Shown: positions 28,444 through 37,571 of the stretch, piece by piece
Numbering within the stretch: position 1 is the stretch's first letter
Layout: every line of letters begins with the position of its first letter
IMG/VR virus record: IMGVR_UViG_3300005534_000012
Coordinates: 3,474-67,473 of that record
From: a virus
Reading direction: 5' to 3' (one strand)
Length of the DNA: 64,000 nucleotides
Program-made: the position numbers and the translations under genes
Notes under the pieces: generated by a model
Database searches by the model: none
Told to the model about the DNA's origin: nothing
The model's input: only the letters and a program-made list of their open reading frames with translations

Positions 28444-29358
28444 ATGCCCGCAATTACCGAACGCCTTTCAGCCCAACGAACAAGCGTTCGTCCGCGCCCG
28501 CTAACCCTCAAAGCGCTCGGGGAAGACATTCGCCATCTGCGAAGTGGTGTTTTGGATGTCGGTTCGTTCATCAACGGCTACCGTAAACAATACAACCCTG
28601 TCGAATTTCTCATCCATGACGCGAAGGGCAATCTCAAAGCCGTTCGGCGTTCGCACAATCTTCGAACCACGATGGGCCGCGACCAGTGGCAACGCCTCTC
28701 TATGGCGGGCGACATCACCGCGAACGCAACAGGTTACACTGGCGTAACGGGCACAGCGTCTTCTGCCCCCAGCGCAACGACGCTTACCAATTCTGGCGCG
28801 GCATTCCCGACCTCCGGCGGTGTCAACGGCTCACTTCAGGGCCACATCATCGTTTGTCCGGTAGCGGGCGTCTATGGCGTCATCATGTCCAACACGGCAA
28901 CGGTCATCACCGTCGACCAGTGGTACAACATGGCGTCCTCGTCCGGCGCAGCCGGAACAACTCCCTCGAACGGTGCAGCGTATGCGATTCTTCCGTTCGC
29001 TGGGGCCGCGCTCTGGGTCGGCCTAAGCACGAACTCGGCCGCCGCAGCAGCGGGCGACGTTCTGCGTACCGCAGACGGACTGTTCGCAGACGGCACGACA
29101 GGAGCCGCAGCCACTGAACAAACTGGGAGCGGCCTTGCTCGGGCGTTCATTCAACCGACCTTTTCAGCCGGACAGTATCTTTTGTCGAAAGTTTTCACCT
29201 ACACGGGCTCATCGTCAGTCGCCATCGCCAAGGTCGTCATGTGCAACTCCCTTGCAGCGGCTGGCTCACTTCTATTCCTTGAATCACTCTTGCCTGCCGT
29301 GGGCACCGTCGCCCAAAACGGCGACACCATCACCATAAACTGGACGGTGACACTATGA
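28444..29358 (+). CDS. Putative virion structural protein
   Basis: Gly/Ala/Ser/Thr-rich beta protein with HNLRTTMG and a C-terminal GDTITINWTVTL. AGGAG SD. Confidence 0.6.
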   Translation: MPAITERLSAQRTSVRPRPLTLKALGEDIRHLRSGVLDVGSFINGYRKQYNPVEFLIHDAKGNLKAVRRSHNLRTTMGRDQWQRLSMAGDITANATGYTGVTGTASSAPSATTLTNSGAAFPTSGGVNGSLQGHIIVCPVAGVYGVIMSNTATVITVDQWYNMASSSGAAGTTPSNGAAYAILPFAGAALWVGLSTNSAAAAAGDVLRTADGLFADGTTGAAATEQTGSGLARAFIQPTFSAGQYLLSKVFTYTGSSSVAIAKVVMCNSLAAAGSLLFLESLLPAVGTVAQNGDTITINWTVTL

Positions 29359-29771
29359 GTCCCACCCTTCGCAATGTCCTCATCTTCGCAATCTGTTGCG
29401 GGATGATTTACTCCATCGGGCAACCGAGTAAACCGCAGCCCCTTGGCCCGCTGGCAACGCCAGCGCTTGCCGCTCCCATCACCGATGAAGCGCCCATCGG
29501 CCTTGTGAGAGTGAACGCGCCGCTCGTTCCCGATGCACAAGCGACCATTCCGCCCTACATGCCTCCGGCCTGTCTGCAAATGGGTGGCTGTGCGAACTGC
29601 ACCTATTTCGCAACGACGCAAATGGTTCACGAAGTCATCACCTGGAAGAAACTCTCGTGGCCGTGGGTCGGCAATTTCGAAGGCGTCGTCAAGGACATCC
29701 CGGCCGCATATTATCAGAAATGGGCCAAGGGCGGCGCGTTTCAATGCACGACGTGGGTCTACTCGCAGTAA
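29355..29771 (+). CDS. Hypothetical protein with N-terminal hydrophobic segment
   Basis: ATGA-coupled, 138 aa. Confidence 0.55.
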   Translation: MSPTLRNVLIFAICCGMIYSIGQPSKPQPLGPLATPALAAPITDEAPIGLVRVNAPLVPDAQATIPPYMPPACLQMGGCANCTYFATTQMVHEVITWKKLSWPWVGNFEGVVKDIPAAYYQKWAKGGAFQCTTWVYSQ

Positions 29772-29772
29772 C

Positions 29773-30588
29773 GTGGGTTTTTCTTCGTATGACCAACTCA
29801 TCCAAGCGATAACCGCAAGCGGTCAATCGGACCATTACGATTTCTTCAAAGCGGGCACCGCGCCAACAGCAACCGCCGTATGGCACACATGTTGGGCGGA
29901 CCCCGGTGCACCTGCGGCAGGCGCAACTCCCGCTACGACTCCGGGAACCTCATATTCCACGACGGCAGGCGGTATCGGGTTCCCGAACGTCTCAACCAAA
30001 ACACGCCACATGCTCACATTTGGAGCGTCTGCGGTGCAGAACTGCGCTTTGATGGTCTACGACCGCCTCGTCGCTGTCTCGGGAATCGGCACGACGACGA
30101 CAGGTTCGAAAACTATATCGTCAACGGCCCTCCCGCGCTACACGTCGGGCACAACGGTTCAAGCGTGGCTCGAATTCACAACAGCGTCCGCCACAGGCTC
30201 GACGCTTGTTGCTCATCTCCTGTCGTACACGGGCGATGTCAACGGCGCAGGGCAAGTCGGAGGGTCAATCACCGCCCCTGCCGCCATCATGAAAATTGGC
30301 GATATGGTGGGTCCCATGCCGCTTGCGGCAGGAGACGCTGGCATCACCGCCATCTCAACGCTCAATGTGGATACGGCCAACACAACCACAGGCATCGTCA
30401 ATGTCGTACTTCTTCGCCCCCTTGCTTATCTGCCAATCATCGGCTCGCAGTGGAACGAGCGTGACATGGTTTTACAACTCGCCGCCCTTGAAAGACTGTA
30501 CGACGGACATACGCTCGGATTTCAATTCCTTGCAGGCGCAGCGAGCGCTCAAACGATTTGGGGCAGTCTCCGAAGCGGCTATAACTAA
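29773..30588 (+). CDS. Putative virion structural protein
   Basis: GTG start re-called (MGFSSYDQLI). Thr/Ala/Gly-rich with YDRL and PLAAGDAGI. Confidence 0.6.
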   Translation: MGFSSYDQLIQAITASGQSDHYDFFKAGTAPTATAVWHTCWADPGAPAAGATPATTPGTSYSTTAGGIGFPNVSTKTRHMLTFGASAVQNCALMVYDRLVAVSGIGTTTTGSKTISSTALPRYTSGTTVQAWLEFTTASATGSTLVAHLLSYTGDVNGAGQVGGSITAPAAIMKIGDMVGPMPLAAGDAGITAISTLNVDTANTTTGIVNVVLLRPLAYLPIIGSQWNERDMVLQLAALERLYDGHTLGFQFLAGAASAQTIWGSLRSGYN

Positions 30589-30597
30589 GGGGGCGAA

Positions 30598-31833
30598 ATG
30601 TCTGGTAGTTTCGGCCTCCTGACCCGGACGAATGATTCAGCCCGGGAAATGGCATTTTTTACGTTTAAGGGACTAAGAAACGGCTATGCCCGGGGATGGT
30701 CCCTGCCCCTCACACCGTCTCAGGCCCAATCACTTATTTACCTCACCGCTGCTTATTCATATTCACCGTCGGATACGCTGAACGCCGTCACCGATACGCC
30801 GGGTCAAAACGTCGCACTCGCTCGCTCACCAAGCGACACCCTGGGAGCAATCACCGATACCCCGACACAAGAGGTGGCGTTGCCCCGAGCCGTAACCGAC
30901 AACCTGTCCGCTATAACGGAAAACGTAAGTCGCGGTGTCAATCTGTCGCGAGCGCTAACAGATGCACTTGCAGCGTTGACCGACACTCCCACTCGGCTCA
31001 TCGTTCTCGTCCGGTCGGCATCTGATTCACTGGCCGCCCCGAGCGATACCCCTCAGCAGGCTGTTGGGCTGACTCGCGCTGTCACCGATGCCATTCCGGC
31101 TGTATCAGATTCTGTCACCCGGACACACGGGGTGCTTCGGGCGGTGACAGATTCACTCGCGGCAATCTCTGATTCCGTCACGCGCGGACTTTCCCTCGTC
31201 AGAAATGTGCCAGATGGTCCTCTTGGGCTGTCCGATACGGTCACGCGGGCGAATCAGTCCTTCACTCGCTCAGTGTCTGACAGCATTCCGGCCCCGACCG
31301 ATAGCACAACGAGGGTTGTTCGCGTCATCCGGGTCGTGACCGACAGCGTTCCGGCCCCGACCGATAGCGTAGTCCGGCTCGCGCAGTCCTTCACGCGCTC
31401 GGTGTCAGATATTTTGGGGTCAATTTCTGACAGTGTGACCCGAAATTCACACATGACGATGTCGGTTTCGGACACCCTGAACGCGATTTCCGAACAAATC
31501 ACCCGAAATGTGGCCCAAAATCGAGCAATTTCGGACATTTTGGGGCCAATTTCCGAAAATTTGACGAGAAATGTCGCAATTTCCCGAAATGTGACAGATT
31601 CTATCCCCGCGCCGACAGATTCGGTTGCTGCGACCTTCGTAAACCTGATTCGGGGAATTTTCAACCGATTTATGGCCGTTTGCAGCACTTTCGTGGCAAA
31701 AATGGCCGTTCCAACGGTTTACAATCTGTACGCTCCGGTCTGCGCGACCTTCAAAATCACGCTTTCGGTCCCACAGACCTACATTCTTCTCGCACCCGTC
31801 TGTAAGACGTACATCATAACCGCTGGAGACTGA
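30598..31833 (+). CDS. Repeat-rich fibre-like protein
   Basis: About 14 copies of a 21-22-aa repeat (R-S-V-[ST]-D-x-[LI]-x-A-x-[ST]-D-S-V-T-R). Confidence 0.7.
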   Translation: MSGSFGLLTRTNDSAREMAFFTFKGLRNGYARGWSLPLTPSQAQSLIYLTAAYSYSPSDTLNAVTDTPGQNVALARSPSDTLGAITDTPTQEVALPRAVTDNLSAITENVSRGVNLSRALTDALAALTDTPTRLIVLVRSASDSLAAPSDTPQQAVGLTRAVTDAIPAVSDSVTRTHGVLRAVTDSLAAISDSVTRGLSLVRNVPDGPLGLSDTVTRANQSFTRSVSDSIPAPTDSTTRVVRVIRVVTDSVPAPTDSVVRLAQSFTRSVSDILGSISDSVTRNSHMTMSVSDTLNAISEQITRNVAQNRAISDILGPISENLTRNVAISRNVTDSIPAPTDSVAATFVNLIRGIFNRFMAVCSTFVAKMAVPTVYNLYAPVCATFKITLSVPQTYILLAPVCKTYIITAGD

Positions 31834-31835
31834 AG

Positions 31836-32141
31836 ATGTCGAACCCCGTCTCGAATTTCATCGTCGCCGGAAGCGCTGGATTCACGTTCAAGGTCTATAC
31901 CGGAGTCAATCAGACTGGCGCAGTCGGAACGCTGTACGTCCAGGGCGTCGGAGATGCAAGTCCCCGAGCGCTCTCCATGACGATTGATGGCACCGACAAC
32001 ACGGTGATGAACCGAACTGTGACGAAAAATGACTTTCCGACAGCCGGAAAGTGCACCGTTCAGTATTTCATGACTGTTGGCGGTGGGGACCCGACGAAAG
32101 TCTTGGAGCAAGTCATCGACATCGCTCCCGCGCTTGCCTAG
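31836..32141 (+). CDS. Small beta-sandwich protein (BppU N-terminal-like)
   Basis: DFPTAGKCTVQ pattern, at the end of the fibre cassette. Confidence 0.45.
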   Translation: MSNPVSNFIVAGSAGFTFKVYTGVNQTGAVGTLYVQGVGDASPRALSMTIDGTDNTVMNRTVTKNDFPTAGKCTVQYFMTVGGGDPTKVLEQVIDIAPALA

Positions 32142-32383
32142 ACCTGTTTGACGAGCGTCAGTTGCGTCGGGGACCCGTCAATGCCAGCCGTGGCTGACGC
32201 AGTCGTGGACGCTACCATGTGCAACGAATCGCCTGTTGCGGGATTCGTCACCTTATACCGTCCAATATTGGGATAGGTAGACGGAGCCGCTGCCGTATTC
32301 GCGCCAGCCGCTGCCGCGCTCACACAAACCCAGCCGTCCCGGGTAGAAGAACCAACCGTTGGGGTAAACGGAGTGTCGGACAT
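32138..32383 (-). CDS. Hypothetical protein
   Basis: GAGGAG SD and its own promoter motif. Confidence 0.65.
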   Translation of the reverse strand: MSDTPFTPTVGSSTRDGWVCVSAAAAGANTAAAPSTYPNIGRYKVTNPATGDSLHMVASTTASATAGIDGSPTQLTLVKQV

Positions 32384-32406
32384 GAAAATTCTCCTCTAGC
32401 GTCCCC

Positions 32407-32424
32407 AAGAATATAGACTCGTCG
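32407..32424 (-). promoter_or_regulatory. Putative late promoter
   Basis: CGACGAGTCTATATTCTT. Confidence 0.55.
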
Positions 32425-32508
32425 GCTCGTCAAACGTGCCGATATACATGTAGAGGCGACTGGTAATGTTGTCCACAGTCGCCTTTCTTTTCATGAAAGG
32501 CAGACCCA

Positions 32509-32940
32509 ATGAAGTTCATGCTCCTCGCGCTGGCGCTGTGGTTCGGTTCGCTGACCCCTGCGTTTGCCGATGACCGCTTCAACCTCGCTCTCGTCCCCAA
32601 TGTCAGTGCCAAACCCGGAGGGTCGACCAACTACGGTATCGACTATCGAGCGTTCAAAACCCGCAACGACGCTCTTTCGCTCAATGCCGGAATCATCGGT
32701 GCCGATGCGTGTCATAAGGCCGCCGATAGCGTCGGTCAGAACGCCTGCGTCTTTCGTCCGCAGTTCGAAATCGCGGCCGAAATCAAGATGCCGAGCGGAG
32801 CGAAATTCCTTCGCAACGCTGGATTCAGTATCGGCGCACGTCCGTTCGACAAAATCGACCTTCCCCCGAACCGCAACACGCACACGCTCCAGGGTCAGGT
32901 GAATACCCAACTGTTCTATCAGTTGGAATTCAATATCTAA
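32509..32940 (+). CDS. Secreted / envelope protein with Sec signal peptide
   Basis: MKFMLLALALWFGSLTPAFA/DD signal, followed by a beta-strand-like mature region. Confidence 0.7.
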   Translation: MKFMLLALALWFGSLTPAFADDRFNLALVPNVSAKPGGSTNYGIDYRAFKTRNDALSLNAGIIGADACHKAADSVGQNACVFRPQFEIAAEIKMPSGAKFLRNAGFSIGARPFDKIDLPPNRNTHTLQGQVNTQLFYQLEFNI

Positions 32941-32942
32941 CC

Positions 32943-33182
32943 GTGGGGAGGGCCCGCATCCGGGCTCGGAATCGCGGATGCTACACAAAAACGCGCTACC
33001 ACGACATGCGACAAGCAATGGCAGTCATCCGGGCCCGTCAGCGCGGCGGGGCCGGATACCTCCGAGCCTACCAGTGCTTCGCCTGTCACGGGGTCCATAT
33101 CACCCACACCCACTCAAAAGAAGAATCGTGGTCGGAATTACAGCAACTTGATGAAGTTGTCGCAAATTCGACAACATCGTAA
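32943..33182 (+). CDS. Small Zn-binding phage protein
   Basis: C..K.RY...RAYQCFAC.G.H pattern. Confidence 0.6.
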   Translation: MGRARIRARNRGCYTKTRYHDMRQAMAVIRARQRGGAGYLRAYQCFACHGVHITHTHSKEESWSELQQLDEVVANSTTS

Positions 33183-33196
33183 AGGAACAGCAAACT

Positions 33197-33481
33197 ATGT
33201 ATAAGGCTCTCTGGCGATTGACGGAAATCATAGGCTTGGCGCTCTTGATAGGGCCTTCCGTCTACGCCCTCAACTCGTTCTTCGGACCCTATACCGACTA
33301 CAACACAGCCGCCATCTGCGCCGTGGGCTGGCTTGTGATGACGCGAGTCTTACAAACGGCTGAGGTGAACGCCCTCGTCACCGGAATAGAACTGAAAGAA
33401 TACGTCCCCGCACCCCGTCCGAACACTCACACCGTCATCGAGGTCGGTGACGAACTGCCCCCCATAAAGGAGGCCCTATGA
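33197..33481 (+). CDS. Small membrane protein
   Basis: Two hydrophobic helices, AAGGA SD. Confidence 0.6.
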   Translation: MYKALWRLTEIIGLALLIGPSVYALNSFFGPYTDYNTAAICAVGWLVMTRVLQTAEVNALVTGIELKEYVPAPRPNTHTVIEVGDELPPIKEAL

Positions 33482-33747
33482 ACACCAGCATCCAGTGCGG
33501 TGACCTCGCCAAGGACGGCATCACCGGATACGAGGGCATCGTCGTCGCTCGGACGGAATGGCTGAACAAGTGCGTCCGCATCACCATCCAGGCGAAGGAA
33601 ATGAAAGACGGGAAACCCGTCGAGAATCAAACCTTCGATGAGGAACAAGTCGTCCTTATCCGGTCGCGGGCGTTTACCCAAACCAAAAGTAAGCAGACCG
33701 GAGGCCCCACGCCAGCGCCGTCACGCGGCCAAGTGACGAAACGCTGA
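33478..33747 (+). CDS. Hypothetical phage protein
   Basis: AGGAGG SD. GD.AKD.ITGYEGIV...GGP pattern. Confidence 0.75.
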   Translation: MNTSIQCGDLAKDGITGYEGIVVARTEWLNKCVRITIQAKEMKDGKPVENQTFDEEQVVLIRSRAFTQTKSKQTGGPTPAPSRGQVTKR

Positions 33748-33922
33748 TGGTGGTGCAAATCCCCGCCCCCAACGAGCCGACTATCCCACGAGAGGTTCGG
33801 AAGGGGCGGCCTCGCACGGGCCGAATCGAAAACTCGCTTGCATACCTGGGCCGCGAGTTGTTGACCGACAGGGCCGTATTCCAACAGCAAGGATATGTCG
33901 ACGATTCCGTAGGAGGGGACTG

Positions 33923-34258
33923 ATGCAAGACACGACGCGCAAGGTCATCAACGAACACCGGATACAAGAGATTGACTCCCTGGGCGGCTCGTGTACCTGT
34001 CGGTACGTATGGTTTAATTGTGGCGGGATTCCCTCCAGCGTCCATTCTTACGGTGCACACCTAGTCGAGATGATAACCCGGGCCTATGTAGCCCAATGGG
34101 AAGACCTCCGAGCGGCGACCCAGCGACCATCGACGGTTCTTTCGGCCGAAGAATTCGACGCATTCGTCAATGACTGCATCAATGCCGAAGCCGACTCTCG
34201 GGGAGGGCTATCGAAAACCATCCAAGCGGTCAAAGACCGAGTCAGGAGAGCGACATGA
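33923..34258 (+). CDS. Hypothetical protein
   Basis: GGAGG SD. Confidence 0.65.
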   Translation: MQDTTRKVINEHRIQEIDSLGGSCTCRYVWFNCGGIPSSVHSYGAHLVEMITRAYVAQWEDLRAATQRPSTVLSAEEFDAFVNDCINAEADSRGGLSKTIQAVKDRVRRAT

Positions 34259-34533
34259 GCATCAAAGAGGTCACGGGCGAACCCCTCCAGGCGACCCTGA
34301 AAATTTCAGACCTTCGGCCGATGCTCGGGAAATTGAACTGGCAACTCCGCCGCATCAACAAAACCATCGTGGTTCAAACGGTAAGCATAGATTCTGAAAT
34401 CGTCATCGACGTGACGACGAGGAACTATGCCGATTGGACCGTGCACTGCGACCGTTGCGACCTGGAATATGCGGCCGGGACCCACGAAAAGGTCTTCTGC
34501 CCACGCTGTGACCAAGAGGAGATATACTCGTGA
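34255..34533 (+). CDS. Hypothetical protein with C-terminal Zn ribbon
   Basis: CDRC...CPRC, translationally coupled. Confidence 0.65.
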   Translation: MSIKEVTGEPLQATLKISDLRPMLGKLNWQLRRINKTIVVQTVSIDSEIVIDVTTRNYADWTVHCDRCDLEYAAGTHEKVFCPRCDQEEIYS

Positions 34534-35171
34534 AGTTCGTAGCCATCGACACCGAGACGACGGGACTGGACCCGACCATCAACGGCATCCTGTCCATCGC
34601 GGCCTACCACTTCGAAATCGCCCCCAGCGGGGCGATGACGAAGCCAAAACGGCTGTTCGCGGAATCCTGCAACCCCGGAGATGTCGAGTGGAACGATTGG
34701 TCGCTGGGGCAACACGCCATTAACCAGATGACCCCCACAACCCTAGAGGGGCAAATGGGACCCCGAGCGCTGGGCTACGAGTTCTACAAAGCGCTGAAAC
34801 AATACGACACCAATCCAATTACCGAACCCTGGCTTCCCATCTACCAGAACGCCGCCTTCGACATCTCGTTCCTTCGTCTGTGCGTCCCACCCGAATCCAT
34901 GCACCGACTTTCCCGCCGTTACCTCGACACGTACACGATGCAATACTTGTGCTTCGGGGAAATCGTCTCTCTCGATGCACTGTGCGAAAAACTCGGGGTG
35001 CCGCTGTCCGGATACCACACCGCCGCCGGGGATGCTCTGGCGACAGCGCTGTGCTTCCAGACCATGTGGAGACTCATGCGGCCCGAACCGATGCAGGCGA
35101 GTATTGCACGGCATGGGGTAGCGGGAACCCTCGAAGCATCCCGTACTGGCAACGGGCTCCCAACAGACTAG
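34530..35171 (+). CDS. DEDDh 3'-5' exonuclease (DnaQ-like)
   Basis: IDTETTG, NAAFD, LDT, and HTAAGDA motifs. Confidence 0.9.
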   Translation: MKFVAIDTETTGLDPTINGILSIAAYHFEIAPSGAMTKPKRLFAESCNPGDVEWNDWSLGQHAINQMTPTTLEGQMGPRALGYEFYKALKQYDTNPITEPWLPIYQNAAFDISFLRLCVPPESMHRLSRRYLDTYTMQYLCFGEIVSLDALCEKLGVPLSGYHTAAGDALATALCFQTMWRLMRPEPMQASIARHGVAGTLEASRTGNGLPTD

Positions 35172-35192
35172 ATGGGACCCTTTTTAATTCCG

Positions 35193-35303
35193 TGTAACGG
35201 TACTTAATTCCTGTAATGGTACTTAACCCCTTAACTATTAAGGGGTTTTTCTTTGTAACGGTACTTGATTTTGTAACGGTACTGAAATCGTGTAACGGTA
35301 CTT
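35193..35303 (+). repeat. Five direct repeats of TGTAACGGTACTT (plus one inverted copy at 35488-35498)
   Basis: Copies start at 35193, 35212, 35254, 35272 and 35291, each with at most 1 mismatch. Confidence 0.9.
35225..35254 (+). terminator. Intrinsic terminator
   Basis: AACCCCTTAA-CTA-TTAAGGGGTT followed by a T tract. Confidence 0.7.
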
Positions 35304-35356
35304 AAAATATACCCCCCACCCCTATCCCCACTTATCCCACTATGCGGGAAATATGA

Positions 35357-35700
35357 AGTCCCGTCACATTTTTATTCTGAAAAATACCAAAAATGTGTTT
35401 TGTGGGGCCCCCCACAGCACGCACAATCCCACCCCCCGGGACAATGGGGCAGAAATTCCCACTCTGCGGGACAAATTCGTGGTTCTTGTACCGTTACACG
35501 GAACCGAGCACTTGACAGTCGTGTGCGTCCCGCCGTGTGGGAATAAGGGCAGGACCTTGACAAAATGACATTATCGTGCTCCGGGACAAATTGTCCCTAT
35601 ATACGGGACGAAACCCACTATACGGGACATAAATTGGGCCTTGCGTCCTATACCTGTCCCACGCTACCGTTAGTGCATGAAACAGGCAAACTACGTCCCG
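35357..35700. repeat. Cluster of CGGGAC(A) motifs in both orientations
   Basis: About 8 copies, including the palindrome GGGACAA-A-TTGTCCC at 35583-35597. Confidence 0.65.
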
Positions 35701-35990
35701 CAAAGCGGCAAATCTATCGCCTAGTTTCATGCGTCCGTTAGGACGCGCGCGTTTCTCGCGCTCGCTAGGCCCCGCGTTCGACGTTCCACGTACGCAGGCG
35801 GGCGACAGCACCGATATCCCGGGTGAAAAGGGGCTACCCGTCCCTCGCGCGTGTCAGTAAGCGCGGGGGCAACGATAAGGTAGGTCAGGGAAAAAGCAGA
35901 CCTGGTTTCCCTATGGCACGGGAAACGCAGGGAGCGAGAAAGCACAGGGATTCAAATGGAAACCCCTAGGCGGCCCGTCAAACGGCCGCC
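35675..35990 (+). ncRNA. Candidate multi-hairpin ncRNA / early leader
   Basis: Back-to-back stems with no convincing ORF. A possible promoter TTGCGT-N18-TACCGT lies immediately upstream. Confidence 0.45.
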
Positions 35991-36058
35991 ATGCGTGGCA
36001 CCTGTACCGGACAGTCATTTGACGCGGGAAACAGGGCCTTCAAAAGAAGGGGTCTAAA

Positions 36059-36349
36059 ATGTCCATCACACTTGAGACCGAAAACACCACCACAGAAGCA
36101 ACCGAGAAGAACGTCGGCCCGAGCGTTAAGGGCTTCTACAACCAAGCCGCCAAGGCAATCGCGGCAGAGGAAACGACCCTGGCGAATGTCGCCTCACAAA
36201 TCATCGCAGACAGCGGTTCGGCAGTCGAAGCGATTGCGACCGTCGGAAACGTCACCAAAATGCAAAGAGCGGACTTGGCCCGCGAACAGGCCCGCTTGGA
36301 CTTCATCCTCGCTCTGGGGAAAGAAGTCCTGCGGCAGGCGACCGCGTAA
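36059..36349 (+). CDS. Hypothetical early protein
   Basis: AAGGGG SD, 96 aa. Confidence 0.7.
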   Translation: MSITLETENTTTEATEKNVGPSVKGFYNQAAKAIAAEETTLANVASQIIADSGSAVEAIATVGNVTKMQRADLAREQARLDFILALGKEVLRQATA

Positions 36350-36863
36350 ATGCGGTATCCAAAAGGACTCCGGCCCCAGAAGGCGACAAATCGCCTTTGG
36401 ACAGAAGCCGGGAAACGCGCCCCGCGATAACAGGCGGGCGGAGGGGGCGACCCTTCCGCCCCCTCAAACCAGGGTATCGGCTAAGGCGGGTATCCTGCTT
36501 TGAGGGACTGCCTCATTCCACAGAAAGGAATATGTGCCTATGACCTAGGTGCCCCTTAGGTGCCCTCGAACCAACCCGGCAATCCACAGGCGCATAGGTG
36601 CCTGCCAAAATGGCATCTCATTAGGTGCCCTCGTTATTCACACGGAAGGGCGCGGACGAAAGTGTCGCGCCTTTCGGCGTGCATAACGCACGGAAGGGAG
36701 TACCCATGAAAACCCTACGGGAATTGGTGGATTTTTCCAAGGTGGAAGCATCCACTGCGGCGTTCAGCGCCAAAATGGTCGAAGGAATCCAGGCCCGCCT
36801 CGCACAGGCGAAACAAGCAAGCGAATCAGCCGAACACAAACGCGGCTAGAAAGCAGCATATCC

Positions 36864-37223
36864 ATGCACACCGGATGCTGTCACGTCAAATACGTGAGCG
36901 GATATCCGGTCGCGTTCTGCGCCACACCTGCCAAATGCAAACTGAAGTTCGAAATGGGCCTGCCGAAGTGGATGGCAGACCTGTACGACGTTTGGCAGGG
37001 CGCAGACGTGACCCTGATTCAGCCCGACAGAAAGATGCACAACTACAGCGGCAAAATCAGGTTCTGCACACGTCATGCGAAAGCAATCATGCAAGGTAGT
37101 GAGGCAACGCAAGAGCGCAACCTGCGCCGTGCAATCCAGGACGTGTTCGACTATCTTAACCACAAGGCCAAATTCGCGGCTAGATTCACGCGCACGGTCA
37201 GTCAGGAATTGGTGGTAGCATGA
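36864..37223 (+). CDS. Hypothetical early protein
   Basis: 119-aa ORF on the co-oriented strand. Confidence 0.6.
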   Translation: MHTGCCHVKYVSGYPVAFCATPAKCKLKFEMGLPKWMADLYDVWQGADVTLIQPDRKMHNYSGKIRFCTRHAKAIMQGSEATQERNLRRAIQDVFDYLNHKAKFAARFTRTVSQELVVA

Positions 37224-37571
37224 GAGCGATGAATTGGCGTGAAGAACGCCTCGCACGAGTCAAAGCGCAACGAACGCGCACGATTCTGCGCGGACTAGCG
37301 CGGCGGCTGAAAGCGCTCTACCAAAAGGCCCTATGGGCTGGGCTGGCATAACTAGACACCCGTTCTGCCCGTGAAAGCGGGCAGTATGGCACATTCCAGC
37401 GGACGGCATGTATATGCGCGTTGGAATAGCCGATAGCAAAGGACGGTGTCGAAATGTGGGATAAAAACGACCCGCAATTCATCAGCGAACCGACAGACGC
37501 ACTTGAGCAAGCGCGTCAAATCATCAAACGTGAGAACGCGCGTTTAGCGCTGAATCACGTCTCAAACGCCA

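Noticed and set aside
30598-31833. Diversity-generating retroelement repeats
   Set aside because: The internal DNA repeats track the protein repeat, I saw no adenine-specific TR/VR pair, and there is no reverse transcriptase in the window.
35193-35303. CRISPR array
   Set aside because: Repeats are 13 bp with mostly 5-6 bp gaps, far too short for spacers, and no cas operon is present.
35684-35710. c-di-GMP-I riboswitch (GGCAAAC...CGCAAAGC)
   Set aside because: The intervening GNRA-capped stem and the downstream receptor stem are missing.
36540-36687. Stop-codon reassignment suggested by an SD followed by ATG ACC TAG
   Set aside because: Conserved genes translate full length in the standard code and TAG ends several clear genes. 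The read-through product is not protein-like.
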